A DNA stretch of 63,582 bases, counting the filler, from Conidiobolus incongruus B7586 (Eukaryota), in NCBI GenBank assembly GCA_000697335.1. It is 3 parts of 3 records of this genome, joined end to end, with 100 filler letters (N's around TTAATTAATTAA, not from the genome) between each part and the next. Parts side by side here need not be neighbours in the genome. Positions count along the whole stretch, not along the records: positions 1 to 24,527 come from JNEM01006452.1; positions 24,628 to 54,332 come from JNEM01006453.1; 1 more part is not named here. One strand, written 5' to 3'. The notes under the pieces were generated by a model. It was not told where the DNA came from. It worked only from the letters and a program-made list of their open reading frames with translations, and searched no databases. This document shows positions 12,530 through 25,664 of the stretch, in pieces; positions within the stretch are counted from its first letter, which is position 1; every line of letters begins with the position of its first letter. The position numbers were made by a program, and so were the translations under genes.

Positions 12530-14209
12530 TTAGGCTTTTTCAGTTTTTTCTGATTGATTAGTATTGGCTTCTTGTTCGAGTTGACATTTATCCAAATCAA
12601 TATTAGGGAGACAGAATGCAGCAACTAAGAATGAAACGGCAAAAACAGTTGAAATTGTGCACATAAGCCATTGGGTGTTACCAATAGCAGTGAGCCATTT
12701 ATCGGTTAACTCGGCAGGTAACTCCCTGAGACTTAAAAGGCTTTCAAGGAAATCGTTTACTTTGTCCGAGTATTCAGCAGGGAGCTCAGCAAGCAAATTC
12801 TTTGAAAGATTGGCATTCCAGACACTAGTAGCAATGGCTCTGCCGAAAGTTGATAAAATATTAGATATAATAAAATCTAAAGCTGAAATTCTAGCAATAT
12901 CTTTGAAAGCAACGGTAGATTGGAGCACAACTAACCCAGCACATGATGTAATACCGGAACCTGTACCAATCAAAGCTTCGGCAGTAATAATCCAGGCTTC
13001 AGAGTGATCAGGATGGCGAGCTGGAATAGTGAGACCAACACCAATTGCGGTCAATGAAAAACCAATCCAAACTATATATCTAACGCATTTCACCTTTTTA
13101 AGGATAAATGCTGTAATAAATCCCATGAGATACCAAGATACACGGAAAGCAAGTGTAATTAACAAAATTCTATCTTCTTCAATACCTCTAGACACTTGAA
13201 GATATGCGTTTAAATAAGCCCAAGTGATAGATCCTTCTAAAGATTCAAATGATCTAGCAATAATCATAATGAATGTTGCACGATTTTTAATTAAATTCTT
13301 GTCCATAATTGGATATTTAGAATATTTCAATTCCCAAAATATGAACACTCCACATATAATAAAACCAATAATAATTGGAACGAACACGGCAGGGTGAGAG
13401 TAACCTCCTTCGTAGCGAGTGACAATGACAAAGGGAGAAGTAACGAAGCCAAGGCCAACACATAATAAAATAAGACCGATCCAGTCGACTTCAAGTAAAG
13501 AGGAGGCATTATAGTTAAAATTGGGCATGAGATTTCTAGCACGCTTTTGAACACGGAAGAGACCGAATAATACTGGAATAGAAAGAATACCCATAAATAT
13601 AGCTTGAATTATATACATCCATCTCCATCCCAATGCCTTTGCAGGCAAAGCAATAGGGATAGAGAGACCAAGGGATATAAAGCTGGGTATCCAAAATAGA
13701 ATGAATCCAAAACCTCTATTTCTTGGTCTGAGGAAATCAGCAATAACAATTGGGATTAGGAAACTTCTTCCTTGCTCTCCGATTGCGCTAATAATATTAC
13801 CAGCGCTATACATAATGAATGAATTAGCAAAGCCAACAATAAATGTACCAGCTGTCATGATAGCCATAAATATACCAAGAATGAGACCACGACCATAGAT
13901 ATCAGAAAGAGCAGCTATAAGAGGAACCAAGAAAATAGCAAGAAGATTATTGATGATTTCAGTAATAGCTGAAATATCAAAAGCTTTAAGTTCGTCTAGG
14001 ATATGAGGTACAAGGGAATATGTCACAGTACCAATGAGGGATATAGCTTGACCGAGCAAAACCAAACTAACGAAAATAACCCATTGATCAGCTTTTGTTC
14101 TGATCTGTGCCATTTTAGTCGCCAAATGATTTTCATTTTGGTTTCCGGGAGTATCTTCTGGAACAGCAGTTGCCAGGTTGTCCTCGTTAGCTTTAGTTAA
14201 ATCTTTCAT
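12530..14209 (-). CDS. MFS siderophore-iron transporter family, copy 3, 559 aa, intronless
   Basis: Intact ORF paralogous to copies 1 and 4 (ALSDIYGRG, IADFLRPRNRG, LEVDWIG, TIPARHP). Confidence 0.85.
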   Translation of the reverse strand: MKDLTKANEDNLATAVPEDTPGNQNENHLATKMAQIRTKADQWVIFVSLVLLGQAISLIGTVTYSLVPHILDELKAFDISAITEIINNLLAIFLVPLIAALSDIYGRGLILGIFMAIMTAGTFIVGFANSFIMYSAGNIISAIGEQGRSFLIPIVIADFLRPRNRGFGFILFWIPSFISLGLSIPIALPAKALGWRWMYIIQAIFMGILSIPVLFGLFRVQKRARNLMPNFNYNASSLLEVDWIGLILLCVGLGFVTSPFVIVTRYEGGYSHPAVFVPIIIGFIICGVFIFWELKYSKYPIMDKNLIKNRATFIMIIARSFESLEGSITWAYLNAYLQVSRGIEEDRILLITLAFRVSWYLMGFITAFILKKVKCVRYIVWIGFSLTAIGVGLTIPARHPDHSEAWIITAEALIGTGSGITSCAGLVVLQSTVAFKDIARISALDFIISNILSTFGRAIATSVWNANLSKNLLAELPAEYSDKVNDFLESLLSLRELPAELTDKWLTAIGNTQWLMCTISTVFAVSFLVAAFCLPNIDLDKCQLEQEANTNQSEKTEKA

Positions 14210-14276
14210 ATTTACAAAAAGAATAAAGATAATATTGCATGGTAGTATACTATTTATATTTGAAAATTCTTAAATT

Positions 14277-14554
14277 TTATCAGATAAAATTTGACTAAAC
14301 TTGTTAGTGAAATATATTTTCAAATATAATATTTAAATAGATATATTACTTTACAAGAGTATAACCAGAAAATTCTTTTAATCGCTAATTCCATTTATTG
14401 TAGCTTTTAATGGTTTAAAATAATACATATAGCCAATCAACTTAATTATTTCAAGTTTTTTTACTTATACAATATTCAAGATATTTCAAACTAATAAAAA
14501 TTTATTGAAATATATCCGAACATACTCACATTATGTCACAGAAAAATCAGATAA
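14277..14554. promoter_or_regulatory. ATCWGATAA GATA sites and CCAAT upstream of MFS copy 3
   Basis: Near-palindromic TTATCAGATAA 14277-14287, ATCAGATAA 14546-14554, CCAAT 14433-14437; another TTATCAGAT at 15135-15143. Confidence 0.65.
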
Positions 14555-15809
14555 TATTTTATCTCCAATTTAGGCTTAAAAATTTAATACTTAATAGACT
14601 AAATATTACTATTTCAAGATTTACATCCAATAAAATTATATAAATTGTTTAATCAATGTCTTGTGTCACGCTTGAACATTGTATTGCCATCACTGTATAT
14701 ATTTATGGATTAATGATCAATTGTTGAGTTGTAATTTATTCCATTTCTTGATCTACATATATCCATAACTCAATATTGCTCTTTTAATACACAATATGTT
14801 AGACCAAATTTCAATATTATTTCATTTCCAATTATTTTTATGGCTATTATATAGCATAATTTTTAACAAAAAAAATATTCTTCTCAAAATAGCCAAATTT
14901 TCAATGAAATATACATTAACTTTTAAATAATTGAAAATATATGTTTCAATTTATAATTAAATATTTCTTTTAAGATTCAATTATATATACATATGTATAT
15001 ATATATATGTGTATATAATATAACAGTGAAAATTTGATAAATTAGGTTGTTTCAGGATATTTCATTCCTGTTTCATATAATGAAAGTATAATATTAGTAT
15101 GATATAATTTCTATTAATGGAATTTATCCAATTTTTATCAGATCGAATTTCCCAATTCACGTTTATATAAGTCTATATTAAGATATATGGATTTTCTAAG
15201 AAAAAATTTATTAATATAAAGTGGTATTTACTTTTTTAATGAAAATATTGTTGAATATATGATTATACTATATTAGTTTAAATAGGAAGGTTGAATAATA
15301 ATGGATTTTAATTTTTAATATTAAATTTGTAAAAATTCAATTGTCATAGTAATTATAAAATTTGAGTATTCAAGATATAGTATCAATTTTTCAATTAATT
15401 AATTTCATAAAAATTAAAAATTATGTATATCAATAATATTAATATAAAAATATTTTTTTAGTTATATTGATTCAACTCGTATCTAACAAATGAAAGATTA
15501 ATTTATCAATCTAGGTAACTTATTTTAAAAGTTATACCTTTTTAACATATTTCAAGTATAAATTCTGGTAGCTCTGTATTTTTCAATTTTAGTATTATTT
15601 TCTTAATAGGCAAGAATATTGATTTACTTAATTACATAGATATAAATCACTGATTTTATTCCAAATATATTAAAAATATATTATAATCAAACTTGAATAA
15701 ATCAAACTCAAAATATATGAATTGAATATATATTAATAACATTGAATAAGATAATATTATCATTCATTATGAAAAAACAAATTAGAAGATATATAATATA
15801 TGAAAAAGT

Positions 15810-16040
15810 TTTAATTTTCTTATTATATTATTGAATTGGAGCTTAAATATTAACAAAAATAATAGCTATTATAATGTTGAAAATATTGTATTATCCAAAC
15901 TAATGTAGTATAATAATTAATTATTTAAATTTCATTAGTGATCAAGGAAAGGTAATTTGAAACCCAATCAGCCAATTAAATATGCATATACGATAATTTG
16001 ATATTATTCAGATATGGTTATTTTTTATACCATTTCAATA
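15810..16040 (+). mobile_element. Possible degenerate MULE/Mutator transposase fragment
   Basis: Frame-broken pieces NKNNSYYNV..YCIIQT and FISDQGKVI*NPISQL...QIWLFF resemble the MULE core (DxNNxxxxVAY; ISDxxKAIxNAI; CxFH). Judged by eye only. Confidence 0.35.
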
Positions 16041-18415
16041 AATAATATTAATCATTATAAATACATAATATCAATTTGTTTAATTTTTCATAGTTAAATT
16101 TAGTTAATATAAGCTTATAATCATTAATAGTTATTTTTTATATCTAATAATTGTCAAATGATTGGGTTAGTAATTATAATCAATTGAATTAATTTTTAAA
16201 ACATAATAAGTATGAAAGTTCATTAACCTTTCTATTTGTAACAATTGATTTAATATATAATTTGAATTTATAGATTAAAAAGTTATAGTTTTTAATGTTA
16301 AAGAACATTTTTTCATCAAGATACTTGATATGTTTGAAATAACAAAGATTAATAATTTGGCGGTTGATTTGACTTACAAATTTAAATAATATAATGTGAA
16401 AGTATAATTTATTTTAGATACAAACACTCAACATAATCTTGGAGGAATATCTTTTATCAATGTTTATTTTTGAATGTTAATTTATAACCATTTAATAAAA
16501 ATGATTTAACTATTAACAATTTCATTTGAGAAAATAGCTCAGTTAATAAAGGTGGTTAATATAAAACTTAACAAATAAAGAGGCCAACTTTCAATTTAGA
16601 TAGCATATTCGGACTTAGTCAATATCATTTATAATAATAATAATATATTTCAATAAATATAAAAATGTATAATTTTACGAAAAGCATGTAGCCTTTATGC
16701 CAATGGAGTGGCATTTCAATTAAAGATATTTAATATGAATGGATTAAATTTGGATTTGAATCACAAATTCAAATATTCATTTATTATTCTTTACTCGTAT
16801 TAACTTGAATCAACTCAAACTTTTCAAAATTATTATAATGACGCTATATTGACAACCACTACTATTGTTTAAGAGATGACACCAATTGTTAATTAACTTA
16901 TTACCGTATATTTAAGCATGTTGCACCATTCATATATCTATTTTATGATTCACATAAAATTTTGTAGCTAAAAATTCTTTAGTTAAACCTTTTTCGTAAA
17001 ATGCCGAATAACAAATACCTTGCTTAACTTTTCACATTTTTTTATCAACTTGAAAAAATTTAAAGAACATTATTAATATTGTTCTCTAAAATTTGTAGAA
17101 AACTAAACAATAGTATTTTTTATAATGATATAATATTTCCATACTGTTCATGTTTTCGGTTAAATCCTGCTTAATAGATTCATTGTGAAATCTACAAATT
17201 TAATATTGAATTCATTCAGCATATATTTATATGATATAACAATTTAATTATAAATATTTAATTTTTTCAGACAGCAAAACTCAATTTGAATGCCAATATA
17301 TTGGTGAATCAATTTTATAGGGATTAATATGAAATTAATATAATAAATTTAACTAAATCCAAATTAAAACAAGGAAAAAAATTATATTATTTCTTCACTA
17401 ATTTAAAGTTGATTTCCCGATTTTTACCGAATATTATCCATCTATTTTTAAATTTTAATAATTTATTATTAATCAGATAAAGCATTTTTATCAACCATTT
17501 TTTAATTTTTAAATTAGATTCTTTAATCAGGTTAACTGGATAAATTAGGAATAAATATCATCCAAAGAACATGATATTTAATAAATATGGTAGTTTAAAG
17601 CGAATTTAACATTATAGCAAAATTTTTTATTTTGAGGTTTTTAGTAGGGAGGTTGCTAGGAAAATTACTTAGTTTTATTTGTACTTGAATTTATTTATTA
17701 AAAAATACATATAAAATCCGTGAATAATTTTATTCAAAGTGTTAATGATGTAACTCAAGTTATCATTACAATCACTGAAAATCTCAAAATAAACGATCTT
17801 CTCTAAAATACTTGTGGTTGATCAAACAATCATATTATTTTTACCATTTATATTTAATATATACTGTGATTCAAACAATAATTTGGGTGATTTTCAATTT
17901 ATTTTTAACATAATACAAAAATTAGAGCAAAAGTTATATTACTTAATATTTTTCTGCTTTTTTAATACCACAATTCAATTTTAGTGGTAATTTTTTGACT
18001 TTTTACATCATATAGAATAATTTCTCACTAAAACTACACCTCTAATTTCAAAATACAAAGCTGAGATGTTATTAAACCTCTTACTCCAAATAAAACTATA
18101 ACTTAATAAAGCAATTATGATTGCAAGAATGCATATCTGATGAGTATAAAGGATGGAGTAATAAAGATCTGTTTTTTCAATATGTGAAGTTTCGATAACT
18201 TTAGCTATGTTTAGATGGCTATTATCATATAAAACCAATGATTAATTTAAATTTTTTCAAACTAGTTAATAGTATCATTTTTCGAAAATTCATAATTTAT
18301 TTTGCTTTTAACAGCTAATAAAAAGTGATACCATTAATATTTATACCAAATAATAACTTTTATTTTTTTCAAATAACTGTTATGGTATTTGTGATAGTGC
18401 TGTTGATTTTTCAAC

Positions 18416-18417
<2 letters not shown>

Positions 18418-18449
<32 letters not shown>
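18418..18449. repeat. (AT)n microsatellite
   Basis: Direct reading. Confidence 0.95.
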
Positions 18450-18453
<4 letters not shown>

Positions 18454-20987
18454 TCTTGAAAATATATCAAATACTAGGATCCATGATCCATCAAGTGAAA
18501 CAGTTTATTTAAATATTATAAGATAAGCATTAAAATAACATAAATTTATATTACGTTTTTTATTCTCTGATCTATTGGATTTTTAAATAATATAAGATAC
18601 CTATATTCCTAAATTTATAATTTCAAATTATCTTTTAATAAAACTATAAAAAGGGTAAATATTAAAATATTGAGACTTTATTAAATTAGACATATCACTT
18701 AAATTTATTTATATATCTTTGGTTCATTATAGATTTAAGACAGTTTGAATAAAGTCAACGTTTTATATTAAATCTTCCAGTTTTCAGTTGACTAAACCAT
18801 TTTTCAATATCATTCATTAAAAGCCCATAGCCGACAGTTGCTATTTGTAAACTTTAGTGAATAATTGATATAGAATATTATACATAATATTGTATTTTAT
18901 TAATTCTTTCTGGTTTTGGTAAAATTTAAATTATATACTTTTGAGTTATATTGATTTTTATTGAAATTTCTCCATGCTATATTGGATATAAAATAAATAA
19001 AGTTAATTGTTAAATCAAAGTGGATAATATAATATAGTGTTAAAATAATTATGATTTATAAAATAGTGTGTGAATTTAATATGCGAATTTATTTTATGAA
19101 CTATTGGATATTAATTTAATTGGTGAAAAGATATTAGAATATTTTCTGTCTAATTTAATTTTATTGACTGTATAGTAAATTCGTAATTGTGAAATTATCA
19201 CAATAGCCAAATAATTTAGTTTTCGCTTGTTAACCACACTATATAAATTTACTATTTATGAATAACTTGAACACCAGTGGCTAATATATTGCTCAACTTC
19301 ATTTAGCAATATATTATTTTTCAATAATAAAATCATTGATATTAAGAATATTTTTAAATTCCAAATTAATTAAATTTTTCAGTTTATCAATATATATAAA
19401 TTCAACCATAGATCAGATGTAATATCATTGCGATATATCAGTTTTTCTATTAAATTGAAAACTACATATATTGTTTGCAATTTGAATATATAAGAATATA
19501 TATTAAAAATCAAAATATTAATTTTCAGTTATTGTTCAAATCTCAGTCCAAATTTATAAAATAGTAATATTGTATTTTTTTTAATTACGGATTTATTGTA
19601 GATATATTACTATATTAATTATAACAAATTAGATTATAAATATAGAAAAATTATAAATAAATAATTGTTAATTGATAAAAATTTATTATATATAGTACTT
19701 TTTTTAATATAATATAGATTGGATATTTTCCAACAAATCAGTTTATATATATTTTAACAATATGATATGGAATGTGAATTTGCCTATATTATATTAAAAA
19801 TATAGTTATATTTTATATATTGGTATTTTAAGAATTTTTTTATCATTTATAGGTATCTTATAAAATTTTTAATAAGTATCTTTATTTAAAATTCTATAAT
19901 ATACAATCAAATATTTATAAATATAAAATTAGTATATAGAGAGTATTGAATTTGTTTTAAAAAAATTACCTTGATACCTTTTATATAATATAAGTTTATC
20001 ATCTAATATCAAATTAGTTAATTTGATAATATATTTTTTAATATAAAAACCTGAAAATCATAATATTTAATGACAGACTAATAATATTATTTCAAATTAA
20101 AATATCAAGATTATATATTATATTCTTAAAAAATCTTATATTCAAATTAACATAAATATACAAATATATAACTAAAAAGTTTTCCAGTATATCGTTATTA
20201 TAAAATAAGAGTAAAATTTATTTAATAAGCTAGGTTTAATACTATGTTTTTTATTATTTTCACAATTGAATATATATTATTCAAATTAAATTACAAGTTT
20301 AAATTTATAATTGGAAGTTGGATTTATTTTATGCTAATTATTTTAGATTTAAAACAAAGAAATTAATCAAATGTAAATATAATAATAAATATGAATCCTT
20401 TCTCTCAGTTTTTTTCTTCGCTTAAATTTTAAAGAATTTTCATATTCCAGAGATTGTAAATAACAAATGTAGCTTTTAGAAATTCAAATTATTAATTCCT
20501 TACAATTAATTAAATTCATAATTCATAAAAGATCAATTGAAGAGTATATATAATTGGCTTTATAAGAATTAATAAACCTAAATTAAATTAAAATACCTCA
20601 AATAGATCAATGACACCTTCCTATCAAATTATCCCTTATACCTTTACCTTTTTATATCAATTTATCTCTTATCCTATTTTCCCTCAAATTTATCAATTCT
20701 TTTCCCAATATACAAAAAAAAGGAAATTAGATCAAAATATTTAAATATACCTTCAAATAAAACTCTAAACTATATCAAAATATCAAAGGTTAACAACACT
20801 CAAGCTTAACGCAATATAATTATCCCAGTTTCCAACATTAAGGTAATAAAATCAGTAACAAATATATGTATATTTAAATAAATATGTTATTAATTTTATT
20901 TATAATTTTTTAAAAAATGATCTATCATTTCAAAATGTGTGTGATATAAATGGAAACAAACCAAAATAATAAATAATAAAATAATAC

Positions 20988-22667
20988 TTAGGGCTTAGCA
21001 TCCCAATCCTCGTCTTGAGCCTTAGAGTCTTGGACATCTTCACATTGATCCAAATCAACATCGGGAAGGAAGATGGAGATGACAAGATAGCAGCAAGCAA
21101 TGCAGATGGAGATGGTACACATAAGCCATTGAGTATCCCCCAGGGCTTCAATCCAACTTTCTGTCACTTCCTCAGGTAATTTTCGAAGGGATAGGATGTT
21201 GGCAATGAGGCCGGGTACTTTAGCTTCATAACTTGGAAGATGTTTAATAAGGTTTTTAGTCAAGCTGGAATTCCAAACATTCGTGGCAATAGCTCCACCT
21301 ACTGCAGAAATCACTTGGGAAACTAGGGTATCAAATGCTGTAATTCTGGCAATATCCCTGAAGTCTACCGTGGATTGGAGAATGACCATACTAACACATG
21401 TAGCAATACCTGACCCAGTTCCGATGAATGCTTCCGCAGTGACTATGAACCCTTCGTGAGTGTGAGGATGACGAGCTGGGAGTGTTAATCCAACACCAAT
21501 TACGTAGATAACGATACCCAGCCATACCAAGTATCTAACCTTCTTGATCTTCTTGATCAAAAATGCAGCAACAAAACCCATAATGAACCAAGAAACTCTG
21601 AATCCAAGTGTAATCAGAAGGATTTTATCCTCATTAATGTTTCTGGTTACCATCAAATATGGATTCAAATATCTCCAAGTGATTGCAGAGTCCAATTTTT
21701 CAGCTGTACGAATTAGAATGGTGATCATGGCTGCACGGTTAAAGAGTAATTCTTTGGTAATTAGTGGGTATTTAGTAAATTTCCATTCCCAAATAGCTAA
21801 AACCACTATAATAATGATACCTACAATAAGGGGTACAAACATTGCAGGATCGGCCCATCCATCCTTATAGCGGATGACTAAAGTGAAGGGACAAAGGAAA
21901 AAGCCAAGACCAACAGTCAGGAGAATGACGCCAACCCAGTCGACTTCAAGCAAGCTAGCTGCTCTAAAATTAAAGGAAGGCATGAGATTCTGAGCACGCT
22001 TTTGGAGACGGAATAACCCAAACAATGAAGGTAACACTGTAATGAAAGTGAAAATGGCTTGGAATCTGAACATCCATCTCCAACCGAATTCCCAAGCAGG
22101 GACAACAATTGGGAGTGCAAGACCAAGAGCCAACAGATTGGGCAACCAAAACAGAATAAAACCAAAACCTCTGTTCCTAGGTCTCAAAAAATCTGCAATA
22201 ATGATAGGTACCAATAAAGACCTTCCATTCTCGCCAATATAATTAATGATATTTCCGGAGCTATATTGCAAAAAGTTGCTGGAGGTGCCGATTACAATAC
22301 ATCCAACGATTGACAGCGTAAGAGCGACTCCAAGCATCAGACCACGACCATAGACATCAGAGAGAGCGGAAAAGAAGGGAATGAAGAAGATACTGAGTAC
22401 AACTTGAATAATATCGGTGATAGTGCCAATATCGAAAGAGTCAAAATCGGATAGAATACGAGGTACTAGAGCAAACGTAACGTTGCCAATAAGTGCCACA
22501 GTCATTCCTAGGAAGAAGAACCCAACGAAAATAATCCACTGATCGGTTGTAGTTCTCAGTTGAGCCATTTTTGTAATTAAATGGTCTTGCTTGTTACCAC
22601 CATTATTATGAATCTCTTGAGTCATAGGCTTTGAACTTTCTGCGCTGGGTTTCACTGAATCTGCCAT
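20988..22667 (-). CDS. MFS siderophore-iron transporter family, copy 4, 559 aa, intronless
   Basis: Intact ORF most similar to copy 3 (IADFLRPRNRGFGFILFW, ASLLEVDW). Confidence 0.85.
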   Translation of the reverse strand: MADSVKPSAESSKPMTQEIHNNGGNKQDHLITKMAQLRTTTDQWIIFVGFFFLGMTVALIGNVTFALVPRILSDFDSFDIGTITDIIQVVLSIFFIPFFSALSDVYGRGLMLGVALTLSIVGCIVIGTSSNFLQYSSGNIINYIGENGRSLLVPIIIADFLRPRNRGFGFILFWLPNLLALGLALPIVVPAWEFGWRWMFRFQAIFTFITVLPSLFGLFRLQKRAQNLMPSFNFRAASLLEVDWVGVILLTVGLGFFLCPFTLVIRYKDGWADPAMFVPLIVGIIIIVVLAIWEWKFTKYPLITKELLFNRAAMITILIRTAEKLDSAITWRYLNPYLMVTRNINEDKILLITLGFRVSWFIMGFVAAFLIKKIKKVRYLVWLGIVIYVIGVGLTLPARHPHTHEGFIVTAEAFIGTGSGIATCVSMVILQSTVDFRDIARITAFDTLVSQVISAVGGAIATNVWNSSLTKNLIKHLPSYEAKVPGLIANILSLRKLPEEVTESWIEALGDTQWLMCTISICIACCYLVISIFLPDVDLDQCEDVQDSKAQDEDWDAKP

Positions 22668-22699
22668 AATTTGTCAACTTAAGGGTTTTTGGTGAGGAT

Positions 22700-23217
22700 T
22701 TATCAGATTTTTATACTCAAAAACCAATTAAATTTTCAAAATGGATAAATGACGTTCAACTAGTTTCGTACAATTCAATTACATTAATTCCAAAATTCGA
22801 ACTGATTATTGGATATTTTTATTAGAAATGCTCAATAACATTACACAAATAATATTAATTATGTCAAAACAAACAATTTTACAAATCAAAAACAATATTT
22901 TCATCTGATAATTTTTGTTTTTTGTGGATATTCAATATAAAAATTGGGATTTTTAGCTTTAGATTAATAAAACTACATTCATGGTTTAATATATCTTGAA
23001 TTTTTAATTGGTTTGAGAACCTCAATTATATAGGGTATAAATGACCTGATAATGCTAATCTCTAAGGTATATAAATAAAGACTTCAAAGTCGAAAAGAAA
23101 ACTTAATACTTACTCCTATACTCTCTAACAAACTACCTTAAAATTTGCTTGTTTATTGAATTTTACTTCAAAATTTCTCAAATATTTAATAATTTTCTTA
23201 ATACGACATTATCAGAT
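22700..23217. promoter_or_regulatory. ATCWGATAA GATA sites upstream of MFS copy 4
   Basis: TTATCAGAT 22700-22708, ATCTGATAA 22903-22911, TTATCAGAT 23209-23217; another TTATCTGAT at 23678-23686. Confidence 0.65.
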
Positions 23218-24527
23218 CGTTACTCATTACCATATCTAGAAAATCTGAATTTTTACTAAATTTGGATAATACTAAAATTCCCACGTGATAATTTTAATTG
23301 ATCACTAAGTTGGGATAAGTTCTTAAAATTGGAGGAGTATCATTAAATTGATATTTGGTTGAGATTGGGAGTTAGTAGTAGGTAAAATGGATGATTCCCA
23401 TAGTTATATATAAAGAAGATTCAACTTGGTAGTATCCATTGATATAAACAAAAGCTATTTTTAATTTGGTATTATTTTAAACGATTTATTCTTCCATCAT
23501 TTGTGAATATTGAATGATTATTACATTTTAATAATAACAAAAACTCTAAAATTACAGTGTTAAGTGCATTATAAGAACAAGAAAAATAATCCTAGTTATC
23601 GGCATATTTTGCTAAATTAAAGGGTTTTAAATCATTAACCATTATAATAAGTTCTTAGTTATTTTGTATAATTTGATTTATCTGATCATTTTAATATAAA
23701 ACTCGACTATTGACAGAATTCTATTCAAAATTTACAACATTTAAAAATTATATATATTTTAGAATGCTGTGAATAAAAAACTGAAGTTATTGATGAAAAA
23801 TTACAATTATTCATTGGTTGATTCAATAAAAACAGGGATATTTATTGATTTTAAAATTTTATATGGAATTTTAATATAGTTGGTTAATAAAATATGTAAT
23901 ATTGTCTGTTGAATGGAAAATTAAATAATGTTCCTTTTAGATATATTCTAATTCATTGGAAAAAAAAATAAAATTTAATTTAAATATTTTTTTCAAAATC
24001 ATTATAAATACAAAAACATTAATTAATTTAATCAATGTATAAAATTGCTGAATTTTTTAATAATATATTCATTAATATTTTATATAAAATTAAAATATTT
24101 GAAAAAAATTATTATAAAATAAAATGATTTTATTGGCAAATAAATTATATTAATTAATTATAGTTTGGGAAATATAATGGGGAAAATAAATTTCATATTT
24201 TTTGTTTTAATATTATAAATTAAATATTCTGATTAAATATAATAAATAAATTAGGATGTATTTTATAATTTTAATTTAATCAATAAATATAATTTATAAA
24301 TCATCATTATTATAAATTACTAAATCCTAATTATCATAATTAATAATTATTATTAATGATAATAATTTCAAAAAAAAATCCAAGTAATATATTATTTTGA
24401 TAAAAATTAAATTAAATTATAAAAACCAAAAGAATTTATAGATATAATATTAAATAATCACTATTTTATACTTTATTCTTAATATTATTTTTTTTATAAT
24501 ATTATAAAAAATATGAAAAAAAACATT

Positions 24528-24627
24528 NNNNNNNNNNNNNNNNNNNNNNNNNNNNNNNNNNNNNNNNNNNNTTAATTAATTAANNNNNNNNNNNNNNNNN
24601 NNNNNNNNNNNNNNNNNNNNNNNNNNN
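24528..24627. other. Artificial assembly spacer (44 N + TTAATTAATTAA + 44 N)
   Basis: Exactly 100 bp, six-frame stop linker, identical to the spacer at 54333. Confidence 0.97.
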
Positions 24628-25664
24628 AATTATAAATACTTTCTTTTATTAAAATATATATTTATTAAAGATTACATCAAATATTTATTATAATTAATTA
24701 TATTTTTTAAAATAAATAGTAATTATTATAATTATATTTATATTAGTTTAAAATTTAGAACCGTTAGAATTTTTGAATAATAATAGGAATATTTGATGAA
24801 TTTAAATTATATTCATTGGTGTTAAACGTAATTATCAAATTATATTAATTTTATCATTCATAAGTATCAATATATTTAATGATTTTTAAAATTACATTTT
24901 TGTTAGATATATTGATATAATGCTTGTCTACTCATTTTAGTGTATATTACTAGAAGTAATTAGAAAAGTATATTATTATTACATAATATATCGATAATAT
25001 AAATTCATTCAAATATGTGAATTCTGATATAAAAATTATATGCTTTATAATTTAATCAATTAAAAATTTACTAGTATAATGACAAAATCAGAGAAACCTA
25101 ATGAAAGTTTTATAGGGTTTTAAACATATCTTTAAAATGATAGATAATTCTGTTATAATAATATAAAATAATAAATAATTATATTTTAAGCTCATTATAT
25201 ATATAATAATGTCAATTTTAACAAATAACTTTTGGATTCAAACTTTAAAAAAATAATATTTTTTATATAAAATTAACGAATTAAATAAAACTAATTACTC
25301 CTAATAAAGTAAAAATATTGATCAAATTTAATGAGATTTTTGTTTCAAATTTCACTTCTTCAATATTCAAAAATTTAAATAATTTTATACAGGTATATTA
25401 TTTATTGATATCATAATTATCACAAATAAAGTAAAAAATTCATCAAATATTCAATATTAGAAAATGACTTGATCCAAATTATTTAATTATTCCTTGAAAT
25501 ATTTAAAATTAGTTATGATATTTAAGTAAACTCGAGTGTATAAAAATCAAATTTGGATATATTTTAATAAATAAAATCGGAAAAAATCCTAATATTGTAT
25601 AGTTTAAAATTAATTAATATTTTTTTATATTTTATATTATACAAAAATTGATTATATTTGAAAA

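Noticed and set aside
18008..18238. 76-aa ORF and similar AT-rich ORFs (33055, 33266, 35803, 39069, 44099)
   Set aside because: Ile/Asn/Lys/Phe-rich composition typical of chance ORFs or relics, several with non-ATG starts
24572..24583. TTAATTAATTAA palindrome repeated at 54377-54388
   Set aside because: Embedded symmetrically in N runs; an artificial contig linker, not biology
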